The position numbers were made by a program, and so were the translations under genes. The notes beneath the pieces are model-generated. The model was not told where the DNA came from, did not search any database, and saw only the letters and a list, made by a program, of their open reading frames with translations. A DNA stretch of 64,000 nucleotides from Octopus sinensis (lineage: Eukaryota). Below, one piece after another: positions 26,346 to 39,065 of the stretch. The number at the start of each line of letters is the position of its first letter. The stretch's first letter is position 1. Location of the stretch: contig NC_043010.1 of the NCBI RefSeq assembly GCF_006345805.1, positions 65,658,001 to 65,722,000 on the forward strand. The letters are read 5' to 3'.

Positions 26346-27082
26346 ACAAAACTACAAATTCCAATATATTAAATAGATTCACTAATTTCCACTTCTATTT
26401 GAAATTATTTGTGGTAACTTGCTGGAGTTACAACAAGAAGTACACCTCAATCACCCGGAGCCCAATTTTTCTTGATTATCTCTTTGTGGTTATGGTTTAC
26501 ATTCTATTCCCACCTTATAAAGTGACTTCTAATTTCGGAAAGATATATTTCAAGCTTAAAAAGTGTAGTTTGTATCTCTTAGCTTATGATAAATTTACTA
26601 CAACAGAAAACCTGAACATCATATGGGCTTTTGTTTATGCCTTACGTTAGTGGTCTGCAGACACTTTTGTATCACAGACTGGTTTCAGTCAAGACAGTTT
26701 TCCCATGGAACAGGGGATCATATGCATAACAAAACACAATAAAATGCATAATATATGATTTAATTATTACACACACACATATATATTATATTTATTTATT
26801 ATATATACATTACATATATAATACACATGCAGGGCGTGGTGGATATATTATCTAAATTACGCAAAAATGAAAATAACACTAACATCTCATTTTATCAGAT
26901 ATATTTACCAAAATTACATAAAAATATCTTGAAATACTAAACAGTGAATTTATTCAATAAAATAGCCATTGGCTTCAATCACAGCCTCCAAACAACTTGG
27001 AGGAAATACTTTTAAGTTTTTATGCCAAGTATGCTTATTATTCTGCCAACTCACAGCCTTACATTACATATATTATATATAC

Positions 27083-27290
27083 TCTTTTATTTGTTTCAGT
27101 CATTTGACTGTGGCCATGCTGGGGCACCGCCTTTAGTCAAACAAATCAACCCCAGGACTCAATCTTTGTAAGCCTAGTACTTATTCTATTGGTCTCTTTT
27201 GCCAAACTGCTAAGTTACGGGGATGTAAACACACCAGCTTCGGTTGTCAAGCGATGGTGGGGGGGGGGACAAGCACAAACATATACACAT

Positions 27291-27322
<32 letters not shown>

Positions 27323-27516
27323 GTATATATATATACGACAGGCTTCTCTCAGTTTCTGTCTGCCAAATCCACTCACAAGGCTTTGGTCGGCCCAAGGCTT
27401 TGGTCGGCCCAAGGCTATAGTAGAAGACACTTGCCCAAGGTGCCATGCAGTGGGACTGAACCCGGAACCATGTGGTTGCTAAGCAAGCTACTTACCACAC
27501 AGCCACTCCTGCGCCT
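27083..27516 (-). mobile_element. SINE-A full-length
   Basis: Head and tail present, with a 17-bp internal duplication at about 27380-27415. Confidence 0.88.
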
Positions 27517-28424
27517 ATATTTACCTAATAACTCTTAAAAGGTTATGGAGGGTTGGTCATGGAAGAATGGATTATAAGGTTAGGGAGTATTATAAGGTTT
27601 TGCCAAACAAACTTCTTAAGGGCAACTGTTGGATCTGTGCTAGGTGAAGGTTACAAGTATTCAAACAGGATAAAGGAAATTCCAGTTTGTCCCATCAGAA
27701 AATATGCATAACTACACATATATACACTCACATAAATATATATAAATAATGCATTCATGCATATATAAATACAACCATAAATACACACACACACAAACAC
27801 ACATGCATTATTACACACAAGCATACGTATATATATGCACACAGACCCGCACACACACATTTTGAAGTTTTTATGTTTATATTTTTATTTTTACTATCTA
27901 GTTTGTTGTTGTTGTTGTTATTGTTGCTATTGTTGTAATTGTTGTTGTTGTTAGTTTTTTTTTTTTCCTTTTTGTGTGTCTTTTGTGCTTTTGGCCCACT
28001 TTCACTGCCCATTCAGCTCTGTGTTCTCATAGAAAGAGAGAAATAGTTTTATAATCTCTTTCAGTGATTTTACAGAAAGAGAGAGAGAGAAAGAAAGAGA
28101 GAGAGAAACCATTATCATCATCATCATTTCATCATATCCACTTTCCTTGCTGGCATGGGTTGGAAGAGTTTTACACAATCCAACAGGGCAAGGGACCACA
28201 TTGCACTCCAAAGTTGCATGCTTCCTACCTCTGAATGCCCTTCCTAACAACAACCATTTTGTAAGGTGTTCTGGAATACCTTTCCTTTACTTTGTGACTA
28301 AAAAGCCCCTACATCTGAAGGGGAGAATAAGGGACAAGATGGTGACTTTAGGCAAAAAGCGTGTGTGTGTGTGTGTGTGTTACAGTCAATTTCACTTGTC
28401 ATCGACTGATAGTTTTTTTTTTAT

Positions 28425-28727
28425 CTTTAACTTGTTTCAGTATTTAGATTGTGGCCATGCTGGAGCACAGCCTTGAAGAATTTCCAGTCAAACATATCGA
28501 CCCCAGTGCTTATTTTTGTTTCTTAAAACCTGGTGCTTATTCTGTCAGTCTCTTTTGCTGAACCACTAAGTTACAAGGATGTAGTTGCATTAGCACCGGT
28601 CGTCACATGGTGGATTTAGGGGACAAACACACAGATACAGACACACACGTGCACATAATACACACACACACACACATGCTCCTACACATACACACACACA
28701 CATCCATATGCACACACACATCCATAT

Positions 28728-28773
<46 letters not shown>

Positions 28774-28912
28774 CATCTTTTAGTTTCCATCTACCAAAGC
28801 CTTGTGAGAGAATTTGGTAGCCCAAAGTGCCATTCAGTGGGACTGAACCCAGAACCATGTGGTTCGGAAGTAAGCTTCTTACCACACAGCCACGTCTGCA
28901 CCTATGACTACG
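28425..28912 (-). mobile_element. SINE-A, diverged
   Basis: Tail and head motifs around a (CA)n tract. Confidence 0.75.
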
Positions 28913-29135
28913 CCTTCACACCAGCATTATGAATTCAGTGTCCTTCATTTGCAGTCTTCCTTCAGAAAATATCTGGTCATGAGGAAAATATTACCTTTCA
29001 CGAAAACTGGTGAAGAGTGACGAGAGCAAGATCATCCAGCCATAGATAATCTGTCTCAAGAAAACACCTTCCAACCAATCACAAGTATAGAAATTGAATG
29101 TTAAAAAAATATGTATATATGTATGTATGCAACTA

Positions 29136-29548
29136 TCTGTCATATATATATATATATAAAAGTGAAGTTGTGTGTCTGTCTCCCAATGATTTAGATTCCT
29201 AACTACTCCCACATTTTGCGGTGCAGTGTAACCAAAAGTGGGTATCTTATAGTCGTGATTCATATCGAGCCCTTCTGGGTATTAGCGCGCGTCTATGATG
29301 AGTCTACGATTTAAAAAAAAATACCATAATTTTTTCCCATTTTAATGCATTTTTTTGCTACTATATAAGGGAACTAACTCTCTAAAAATGTATTATTAAA
29401 TCTCAGAACGTAAAAAGCTATAGTAACAGCCCCCCCCCCCGCCTTTGTGGTTAGCCATATTGAGATGGCTATTATACTTTACATCTCTAAAAAAGCTTAT
29501 ATAGTTATTTCCCTTACAAACCCAAGCAACGCCGGGTGATACTGCTAG
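29136..29548 (+). mobile_element. Non-autonomous Helitron
   Basis: 3' hairpin ccc(a)agcaacgccggg then CTAG|T at 29545-29549; homologous to 52035-52561; 5' boundary approximate. Confidence 0.75.
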
Positions 29549-29637
29549 TATATATATATATATATATATATATCTGTCAATCTATATATATGCATGTATA
29601 TGTACATGTGTGTGTATTTATGTATAAATGTATATAT

Positions 29638-29866
29638 TTCTTTACTACCCACAAGGGGCTAAACACAGAGGGGACAAACAAGGACAGACAAACGGATGAA
29701 GTCGATTACATCGACCCCAGTGCATAACTGGTACTTTATTTATCGACCCCAAAAGGATGAAAGGCAAAGTCGACCTCGGCGGAATTTGAACTCCGAACGT
29801 AACGGCAGACGAAATACGGCTACACATTTCGCCCGGCATGCTAACGTTTCTGCCAGCTCGCCGCCT
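29638..29866 (-). mobile_element. SINE-B
   Basis: Reverse complement of the 9346 family. Confidence 0.88.
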
Positions 29867-29901
29867 TATGTATAAATGTATATATGCCAACCATTCTCCT
29901 T

Positions 29902-29936
29902 GTTTCCGACGAAGAGCTCCGCTCGAAACGTTAAAC
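29902..29936 (+). ncRNA. Minimal type-I hammerhead, family 1, U4C core variant
   Basis: GUUU-CCGACGA-A-GAGC-UCC-GCUC-GAAAC-GUU^AAAC; stems I and II fully paired, palindromic AACGUU stem III. Confidence 0.7.
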
Positions 29937-30043
29937 CCTCCTTCCTTTCTTTCCTGAGCGTCAATAATACTTTAATTGTTCCACGTCCTGCGTTGCTGTG
30001 TTTTTTTCTCTTTTTTTCTGTGTTTTCTTGTTTGGATTAACTT

Positions 30044-30076
<33 letters not shown>

Positions 30077-30560
30077 GTTAAGGTATGTAGAAAAATACAA
30101 CATGGACAAGAACGTATAACTCTTAGAAGACGATACAATAAACACGGACAGGACATTCGAAACCCTCAGTCTTCAGTCAAGAACCGGATCATCGTAGTAA
30201 TTTCGGCTGATTAATCTTGAGATTACTAGATCACGGCCAGCCCTCCAAGAAAAACTAAGCAACGAGCATTAGAAAAACTAAGCTGGGAGCGTAGATTTCC
30301 TGGAAGAAGGATCGAATGCATACGGACACCAGGACAGCAAAAGGGACGAATATAAAAAAACAAAAAAATAATGGAATACAGAACATGAAATACAGAAGCA
30401 TTAACGGCGAAAACAACAACAAGTGTCTTACGACTGATAACAAGCAAACAAATTTTTTCTCTGGCGCGAGGAAAGGAGCCTTATCGGCGATGCCTATAGC
30501 GGCGGACGAAAAACAACGATGTTAACACGACGCTGGTCAGAAGCTGAAAGGCAGATTTCG
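30077..30560. mobile_element. Unclassified CpG-rich repeat after (TA)n, possibly Penelope-related
   Basis: Contains half-hammerhead-like motifs on the minus strand; no supportable ORF. Confidence 0.3.
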
Positions 30561-30782
30561 GCCAGCAGTCACATGACAGAGAAGAGAGAAAAGAAAAGAA
30601 AGAGAAGCAACGGAAGAGAGAGAGAGAGGAGGGACAAACGCAACAAAGAGAGAGAAGAGAGAGAAAGAAGGAATCAGAGAGGAGAAGGGATGGGTGTCGA
30701 AGATTGACCTGTGAGTGCAGAGCGAGACAAAGAAATAGGAGGGTAGTGGAAGATTAGACCAAAGAATCAGAGGAAAGAGAAT

Positions 30783-30814
<32 letters not shown>

Positions 30815-31244
30815 TGGTATGTATGTATATATTCACATATATATACACATCTATGTGTATGTATTTGTATGTGTGTGTGTAAGCAAATATCTGTGTGTGT
30901 ACATGCGTGCAATTATTTTCAATAAAAGGATAAAAGTATAAACTTTGCACATTAATTGTGTTCCAAATCTGTTTCGTTAAATTAAGATAAGCAACATTAA
31001 ATGTATAAGTATATAATTGTGACACATAATTAATTTAAATTAAGTTGATTTAAAAGTTATTTGAAACTAGTAATTGTTTTCTAATTAACATGACAGACAT
31101 TTGGCAAGAACACAGTATAATATAAATTTATGAATGGAAGAGGAGATGAGTCACGTTACCACCTTCATTAGCTCAGATAACGAAGGTCATTATGTGGCTT
31201 CTGTTCTCTTGTCATGCATTAAGTAATATATATTGTGAAGAAGG

Positions 31245-31450
31245 CGTTGCACTGGCAGAAACGTTAGCACACTGGGTGTAATGCTTAGCGATATTTTGTC
31301 TGTCTGAGTTCAAATTCCACTGAGGTCGACTTTGCCTTTCATCGTTTCGGGGTTGATAAATTAAGTACCCGTTGCATACTGGATTCGATCTAATTGACTG
31401 GCCCCCTCCCCAAAAATTTCGGGCCTTGTGCCTAGAGTAGAAAAGAATGT
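31245..31450 (+). mobile_element. SINE-B variant with a different tail
   Basis: ggcagaaacgttagc ... gagttcaaattcc ... gaggtcgactttgcc. Confidence 0.8.
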
Positions 31451-31499
31451 ATATTGTGAAGGCACATAGCTTAGTGGTTAGTATATTTGGCTTATGATG

Positions 31500-31920
31500 T
31501 TCTCAGAGCATCCACCCCTGTTACTGACTTGGTTACCTAGGTAACAGAAGCTATCAACTACTAAGTTTTTTCCCCCTGATATGTGATGGAATCTGTTTTC
31601 TGTACATCTTCAGTGTTTATTGTCCCTGTGCATTTGCCACACACAAAAACTGTCTTCCCAGTTATTCTTCATTTGATATTGCTGCACCACTTATGTGTTC
31701 ATAGCTTACACCGGGTATATCGTATGGAGTTTCTACCCATGCCTTTTCTATAGATTGAGCAGGGCCATCTCCCTGAAGTGGTTTGTGATTTGACAGCCCT
31801 CCTACTTACTAAGACTTTGGTTTTTGCTAGGTTAACCCTAAGGCCCTTCAATTCTAGACCTTGCTTCCACACCCTAAACTTCCTCTCTAATTCTGGCAGT
31901 GACTCAGCTATTAGAGTAAG
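31500..31920 (-). pseudogene. RTE RT fragment, from just after the YADD region through the Cys/His insert
   Basis: LTLIAESLPELERKFRVWKQGLELKGLRVNLAKTKVLVS...GRWPCSIYRKGMGRNSIRYTRCKL*THKWC. Confidence 0.85.
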
Positions 31921-31923
31921 GTC

Positions 31924-31966
<43 letters not shown>

Positions 31967-32078
31967 AATATATATATATAAAGACCATCACTTCTGCTAT
32001 CATAGCGCTGCTGAATATTTCCTACAACATTAACAAACACAAAGATCACTCACATAAACACATATAAACAGTTAATAC

Positions 32079-32109
<31 letters not shown>

Positions 32110-32224
32110 ATACACTTGCACATACCCATACATACACACAGATTTCTCCTTCTCTTATACTCGCCTGTCTTAGAAAGAACTTTTTCTTTGTCCATTCCCT
32201 TCTGGTCATTTCAAATTGTAACTA

Positions 32225-32822
32225 CATGTGGATTGTTGGCAATTGTTTTCCTCCATTTCCCTTTTCTCTTGGACTTTCCTTTGTCTCCTGTTTCTCAAAA
32301 CATTAAACAATCGTTCTTTCCTTCCTTGAGCATCCTTTAACATTTTGCAACTTTGCATGGACCATGTCCTCGCATTGTTGTTTTCTTCTGTGACCGCGTG
32401 TGTACCATTGGCAATTTTTTTTTTTTCCTCCTTCCCTTCTCTGGATCTTTCCTTTTCCTATGTTTCTGATGAAGAGCTCCACTCGAAACATAAAACCCTC
32501 CTTCTTCCCTTCCTTCCTGAGCATCCAATAATTCTATATTTGTTCCACATCCTTGCGTTGTTGTGTTTTCTCTTTGTGTTTTCATGTTTGGATTAACTTT
32601 ATATATATATATATATATGTTGACCTCGTGAAGACCACTTGCATTTTTTTTCCCTCTGTCCTCCCACCTCGGGATCTTTCTTTCTCCTATGTTTCTGACG
32701 AAGAGCTCCGCTCGAAATGTCATACCCTCCTTCTTCCCTTTTTTCCTGAGCGCCTAATAATACTTTAATTGTTCCACCTCCTCACGTTGTTGTCTTTTTT
32801 ATTTTCTTGTTTGGATTAACTT
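32225..32822 (+). mobile_element. Tandem array of three pLTR-like family-1 units, hammerheads at 32462-32496 and 32691-32725
   Basis: Units end in ggattaactt plus (TA)n; cores CUGAUGA and CUGACGA, 229 bp apart; the first unit has lost the core. Confidence 0.75.
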
Positions 32823-33109
32823 TATATATATATATATATAGGTGGCTTTATTGAATAACATTATAGAAAAGAAGGTTTATTTTTATCCTCAAAGCATTTT
32901 TTGATAAATAATATTATTATCCGTTATTATATATCTGCTTTTTTATAAACAAAAATCTCTCCTCAAATATCTTACACACCCTGTATATAAAGGCAGTTCC
33001 ACAAACTGATAATGACTAGAACTCTCCCAAGATCACCTCACCCTGAAACTGTGGGCACTCGAGATCCTTCTACATGCATTCATTTACCCCCCACCAAGAT
33101 AAAGAAACA

Positions 33110-33320
33110 TCATCATCATCATCATCATTTAGCGTCCGTTTTCCATGCTAGCATGAGTTGGACGGTTCAACTGGGGTCTGTGAAGCCGGAAGGCTTCATC
33201 AGGCCCAGTCAGATCTGGCAGTGTTTCTACGGCTGGATGCCCTTCCTAACGCCAACCACTCCGTGAGTGTAGTGGGTGCTTTTTACGTGCCACCCGCACA
33301 GGTGCCAGACAGAGCTGGCA
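33110..33320 (-). mobile_element. RTE 3' terminal fragment
   Basis: Matches the RTE tail. Confidence 0.85.
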
Positions 33321-33915
33321 CACATATATATATGTGTTTTATCCCCAACAAACATGACCCTTACAAGAGAAGAGTCCTACACAGTTGCTTGACCTCTTAG
33401 GAAATAGCAACCAAATCTCTCTTTATTCACACTCCACTGTCTTAGAAAAGTAGGGCGCACATCCAATGTAACTCATTGATTATGGAACTTAACATACTGA
33501 ATAAGGCACTAAAATTGTCATGACACACCATCAGCTTTTAAGAAGAGGACGAGCTGGCAGAATCTGTAGAGCATCAGAAAATATTGCAAAATTTCTTCGG
33601 TCTCTTTATATTGAGAGTTCTAATCCTGCAGAAGTCAACCTCACCTTTTATCTCTTTGGAGTTGATAAAATAAAGTATAAGTCAAGTACTGGGGTTGATA
33701 GTGTCAGCTGACTCTAATCCCTTGATCCTTTAAGCATTTAAACTGGCTGTCAATTTACCTAGACCTGGCTTCTCACACCAACCCTTGAAATTTCGAAGGT
33801 ATGAGATAATGTATGACTAATTCAAAATATTGTGAATAAATTTGCATTACATTCAACAGAGTAATCTGAATGCTAAAGGATTAAAACTGCTAGCCTTGTG
33901 CCAATTTTAGAAGAA

Positions 33916-33959
<44 letters not shown>

Positions 33960-35179
33960 GTCCACATAAAAAGCACTACTGCTGGTGCCACATAAAAAGT
34001 ATTGGTAATAGTGTTACATATAAGCACTGGTGACGGTGCTGTGTAAAAAGCACTGGTGATGGTGCCATGTAAAAAGCCCCCAGTACACTTTGTAAAATGG
34101 TTGGCATTAATTAGGAAGGGTATCCAGCTGTAGAAACTATGCCAAAATAGGCTATGGAACGTAGTGCAACCCCTGTCTTTGCCAGTTCCTGTCAAGCCGT
34201 CCAACCCATGCCCAGCATTGAAAACAGGTATTGAATGTTGATGATGATAATTAGAAAAATCATTAGTGCTTCAGAAAAAATATCTTGTATTATTGCAACC
34301 TTTTACATTCTGAGTTCAAATACCACCAAAATCAAAAACGACAATGACTGTTATAAGCCAAGGGAGCCTGTATATGGTCACTCAACATGCTAGAAGCAGC
34401 AACCAAATATCTTCCTCTAATTGTGCTCTAACTGAAGAATGTTGCCCTAGATTACCCTGTATCTAAAAATAAAAAAATGTTGAGATGGTCATAACTGGAA
34501 TGCCTTTAATCTTAGGACTGCCAAAGGAGAACTGACTTAGAGAGAAATGAAAAACAGCCAACAATCACTGTCATTTCTAAACACATACACACTCTCTCTG
34601 TCTGTCTGTTTCTCTCTCTCTCTCTCTCTCTCCCTCTCTCTCTCTCCCTCTCTCTCTCAGTTGCCATACCACACTCTGCTCATATCCTAATTAGAAGCCA
34701 CAATCAACACATCCTGCCAGGCCTTCAAACACTCCATAAAGAGAACATCTGAAATCCGAGACACAAACATTACCAAATTAAATATAGAGTAAACACACAT
34801 GCAGAGTCTAAACACTTGAACTCATCACTCTAAAATCCCTGTTAATACTTCGTGCTGACCACTCATATTCCACATGGTACTGCTGCTGCTGCCAACAGCA
34901 AAAGCAGCATCACAAAGGCTTTGCTTCGTTGTCCGCAGCCATAATTAAAATCGTCCCAATTATAAAGCGATGCAAACGGCTTTGCCTTCACCGGACAACT
35001 AGACATAACTTGCAAATTGAAGGCTGCAGATCTGTATGGAGGCATGGGATCCACTGGTTGGAGTGTTGGTCTCATCACTGAGTTATGAGTTCAATTCCTG
35101 GATCAGGTGGTGGTGTTGTGTCCTTGGTCAAAATATTTCATTTCACACTGCGCCCGTTCATCCAGCTGCAAACACTGGG

Positions 35180-35572
35180 ACATCTCTCTCTCTTTCTCTC
35201 TCTCTCTCCCTTCCTCCCCCTCTCCTCTTTTTCTCCCTCCTCTTTCTCCCCTTTTCTCTCTCTCTCTTCCTCCCCTCTCTTTCTCTCTCACCTCCTTCTC
35301 TCTCCCCTCTCCTCTCTCCCCTCTCCTCTTCCCTCTCTTCATTCTCTCTCTCCCCATTTTCTCTCTCTCTCCCTATTCTCTCTCTCTTTCTCTCTCTCTC
35401 TATCTCTCTCCCCATTCTCTCTGTTTCTCTCTCTCTCTTTCTCTCTCCCTATTCTCTCTCTCTCTCGCTCTCTCTATCTATCTCTCTCCCCATTCTCTCT
35501 CTCTCTCTTTCTCTCTAGCTCTCTCCCCATTCTCTCTCTCTCTATCTCTCTCTCTTTTTCTCTCTCTCTTCT
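35180..35572. repeat. (CT)n-rich polypyrimidine tract
   Basis: Directly visible. Confidence 0.95.
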
Positions 35573-36529
35573 CAGATGTCACATCCTTGAGGTCATATTT
35601 AAAACAACTAACAAAATCTCAGTACAAGCTATCATGTGATTCCCCCCTTGTGAATCATTGCTAAGCTTTTTGTACCTGCAACACCATCTCTCTCCCTCTT
35701 TCCATCTAGGATAGCCATGTATCTCACCATCAGCAAGATACCTGCTCTTGTCTCTCTGTCATACTTTTTAACCACCCTCAGTACTACATCCCCACTTAGG
35801 TGAGTGTGGGGCAGTAATTTTGGGATCTTGTTTTGTAAGTTACTTCAGTTACAAGTATTAGCATCATGACCAAGCACCAACTTCCCTCGGTGAAGTGGAT
35901 GACGTTATGAAGGCCATCCGGCTGTAGAAATCCTGTTGAAGCCGACATTGGAGCTTGGAGCACGCCTCTTGCTCGTGAGTCCCTGTAGAACCATCCGACT
36001 CATGCCCATCTGGAAAACAAACGTTAAACGATGATGATGGTAACGATATACAGATATTGAAGATTAAATCCAAGCTACCATGGTTGTGTTGCTAAGAAGT
36101 TCTCTTAACAACTGCATGGTTTAAGGTTCTTTAAGGATCTTCTACCAAGGCCACAGACTAACTAAAGCCTTGTGAGTGAATATTATTAAACTAAAGCTGT
36201 TTGGTAGCATTTCAGGAGTACTGATTCTGGTTTCATGTGGTGGACTTCATCTGTCTCCTGCTTTAAGCCTTTTATTACCATATTTTTATTGAAATATGCT
36301 TAATTTTGAAAACAGCAAAAAAATAAGATAAAATAATTTTGTTTTTTATTGAACTGGTGTTTAGGGTACAAATCAGTGGTTGTCAACCATTTTCTGCCTG
36401 TGACCTCCTTTAACCCTTTCATTTGGTTAAGATCCTCCCTTGACCCTGAAAACAATTGCATTCAAGTAAAAGCTGTTTGTTACCTTTATGCTTTCATGTA
36501 TCAGCAACTAGGAGCACTCTGTCAGTTAC

Positions 36530-36825
36530 TATGACGAGGGTCCCAGCTGATACGATCAACAGAACAGCTTGCTCGTGGAATTAACATGCAAGTGGCTGAG
36601 CATTCCACAGACATGTTTACCTTTAACATAGTTCTAAGGGAGATTCAGCATGACAAGGCTGGCCCTCTGAAATACAGGTACAACTCATTTTTGCCAGCTG
36701 AGTGGACTGGAGCAACATGAAAAATAAAGTGTCTTGCTCAAGGACACAACACGTCACCGGGAATTGAACTCATGACCTTACAATCATGAACCAAATGCCC
36801 TAACCACTAGGCCACATGCCTTCTT
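36530..36825 (-). mobile_element. tRNA-derived SINE sharing the SINE-C central part but with a different tail
   Basis: Minus strand ggcatgtggcctagtggttaggg ... gagttcaattccc ... gtccttgagcaagacacttt. Confidence 0.78.
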
Positions 36826-37077
36826 TATCAGCAACTAATGCATCATCATTCTGTTGTATCCTTTCTCAAACTCTTCTTCCTCTACTCTAAAATTTGATGC
36901 CCATATACTGTTTCAATTTAGACATATTCTATGCACTCCTCTCAGCCAATGATACACACACACACACACAACACACACACACACACACACACACAACTAC
37001 TCCACCTCACACACATTTATATATATATTATATATATATACACTTATGCATATATGTATGTGTGTGTTTGTATTTAA

Positions 37078-37123
<46 letters not shown>

Positions 37124-37757
37124 GATAGAGAAATACAAATAAATATGCACACAAGCTGCATGGCAGATACTTGTATGAGCAAAATTGTTTATACATTTAT
37201 ATTTGTTAACGGTTATTTTTAATACTTTTCTCACTGGATTTACCTTTAACATAGTTCTAAGGGAGATTCAGCATGACAAGGCTGGCCCTCTAAAATACAG
37301 GTACAACTCATTTTTGCCAGCTGAGTGGACTGGAGCAACATGAAAAATAAAATGTTCATTTCTCTTTTTGCCATCTGTGATTTTATTTTTGATCATCTCT
37401 ATAAATGAAGATATTTCCTCCATCTGGCTGCTTTTTCTCTCTGCAAAACGGGAAATTACATAGCGGAACTGTTATTTTAACGAGTTGTATTTATTTATCA
37501 CCCGACGAGATACGTCTGCACTGCCAAATGCTCCTTAACCAGTTGTTGAGCGCCCCCCACCCATGAGGGATCGATGCAAGATGTGTCAAAACAATTGTCA
37601 TGATTAATAATAAATTCTCGTATATTCCATCTTCTGTCATTCATTTACCATATATACATAATGATCACTGTGAAAGTAACTGTGCTTTACCAGTAAGGTA
37701 TCAGGTGTAAACCATTCATTTTATTATCCATTACATATATATATATATATATATATA

Positions 37758-37833
37758 CACCGGAGTAAACACATAAATGTGAAGCAAGGTGGAAAAAAGA
37801 GTAACAGGTTTTGTTGAATTTTCTGCTGCTTTA

Positions 37834-37838
<5 letters not shown>
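37758..37838 (+). mobile_element. Internally deleted family-2 pLTR-like element
   Basis: Tail ccggagtaaacacataaatgtg joined to gagtaacaggttttgttg, within (TA)n. Confidence 0.65.
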
Positions 37839-37923
<85 letters not shown>

Positions 37924-37941
37924 TAATATATATATATAAAT

Positions 37942-38023
<82 letters not shown>

Positions 38024-38364
38024 TGTCTTGCAAACAACTCGTACATGCAAGTGCTACCAGTCAAAAGCTCCGTATAATTATATTGATTGATTGATTCTAG
38101 TTTCAGCTCATGAGCTGTGGCCATGCTGGGGCACCGCCATATATATTTTATAATTATAATTATGTGGATAATTTTACCTGTAAAGGTTATTTTAACGTAC
38201 TGATCTATGTGATAAAATTGTTAATTAATTGATCAATTAATTAATTAATTAATTAATTAATTTAATTGATAAATTTTACCCTTCTATTATTAATATATAC
38301 ACACGCACTCATGTGCGTATACACACACACACTCATGCGCGTGCACCACACACACACACACATA

Positions 38365-38585
38365 TGAGGGGTGCTGAAAAATTCCTGGCTGTAAGGGTAT
38401 TGCAAATGGCTTGGCTGGAGGCCCAAACTTTCAGAGTTTTTTTACAGGGCTTAAGAAAACTGGTGTGGGTGGGGTCTGTTGCGATAAGTGTGTGAATCTG
38501 AGAGGGGAATATGCTGAATAAAATCATAATTAATTTTTCCTCCGTTTCTTTTACCCAAAGCCAGAAACTCTTCAGCACCACCCCT
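38365..38585 (+). mobile_element. mariner-derived MITE
   Basis: TA flanks, TIR gaggggtgctgaaaaattcctggct / agccagaaactcttcagcacc, internal transposase C-terminal remnant GLRKL...CDKCVNLRGEYAE*. Confidence 0.78.
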
Positions 38586-38982
38586 TATGTATAGGCATGT
38601 GGGCATCTTACATTGTTTCTTGACCAGCATCTCTGAATCTTCTGCATCACAGTCACTGTTGTTCACAGAAACTCACCACCCCCACCATCACCATCACCAC
38701 CATTCACAAGTGATTTTTTTTTTTTTTTGCTTAATTTATTTCAATCATTAAACTGTGGCCATGCTAGGGCACTGCCATAAAAAAATTTTAGTTGAATGAA
38801 TCAACCCCAGAACTTTTTTTTTTTTAAGCCTGATACTCATTCTATAGGTGTCTTTTGCTGAACTGCTAAGTTAAGGGATGTAAACACACCAACACCTGTT
38901 GTCAAGCAATGATGGGCACAAACAAAGACACAAAAGCAAACACACACAAATACACACATACACACACTTACACACACACACT

Positions 38983-39024
<42 letters not shown>

Positions 39025-39065
39025 ACACACATATATATATATAGATATATATATATATATATATA

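Noticed and set aside
30140-30250. Hammerhead-like halves on the minus strand (CUGAAGA...CGAAUGUC; CAGCCGAAA)
   Set aside because: Core incomplete and stems I and II do not pair convincingly
34863-35078. Minus-strand 71-aa ORF
   Set aside because: No recognisable motif or splice support; the 5' part overlaps a decayed SINE
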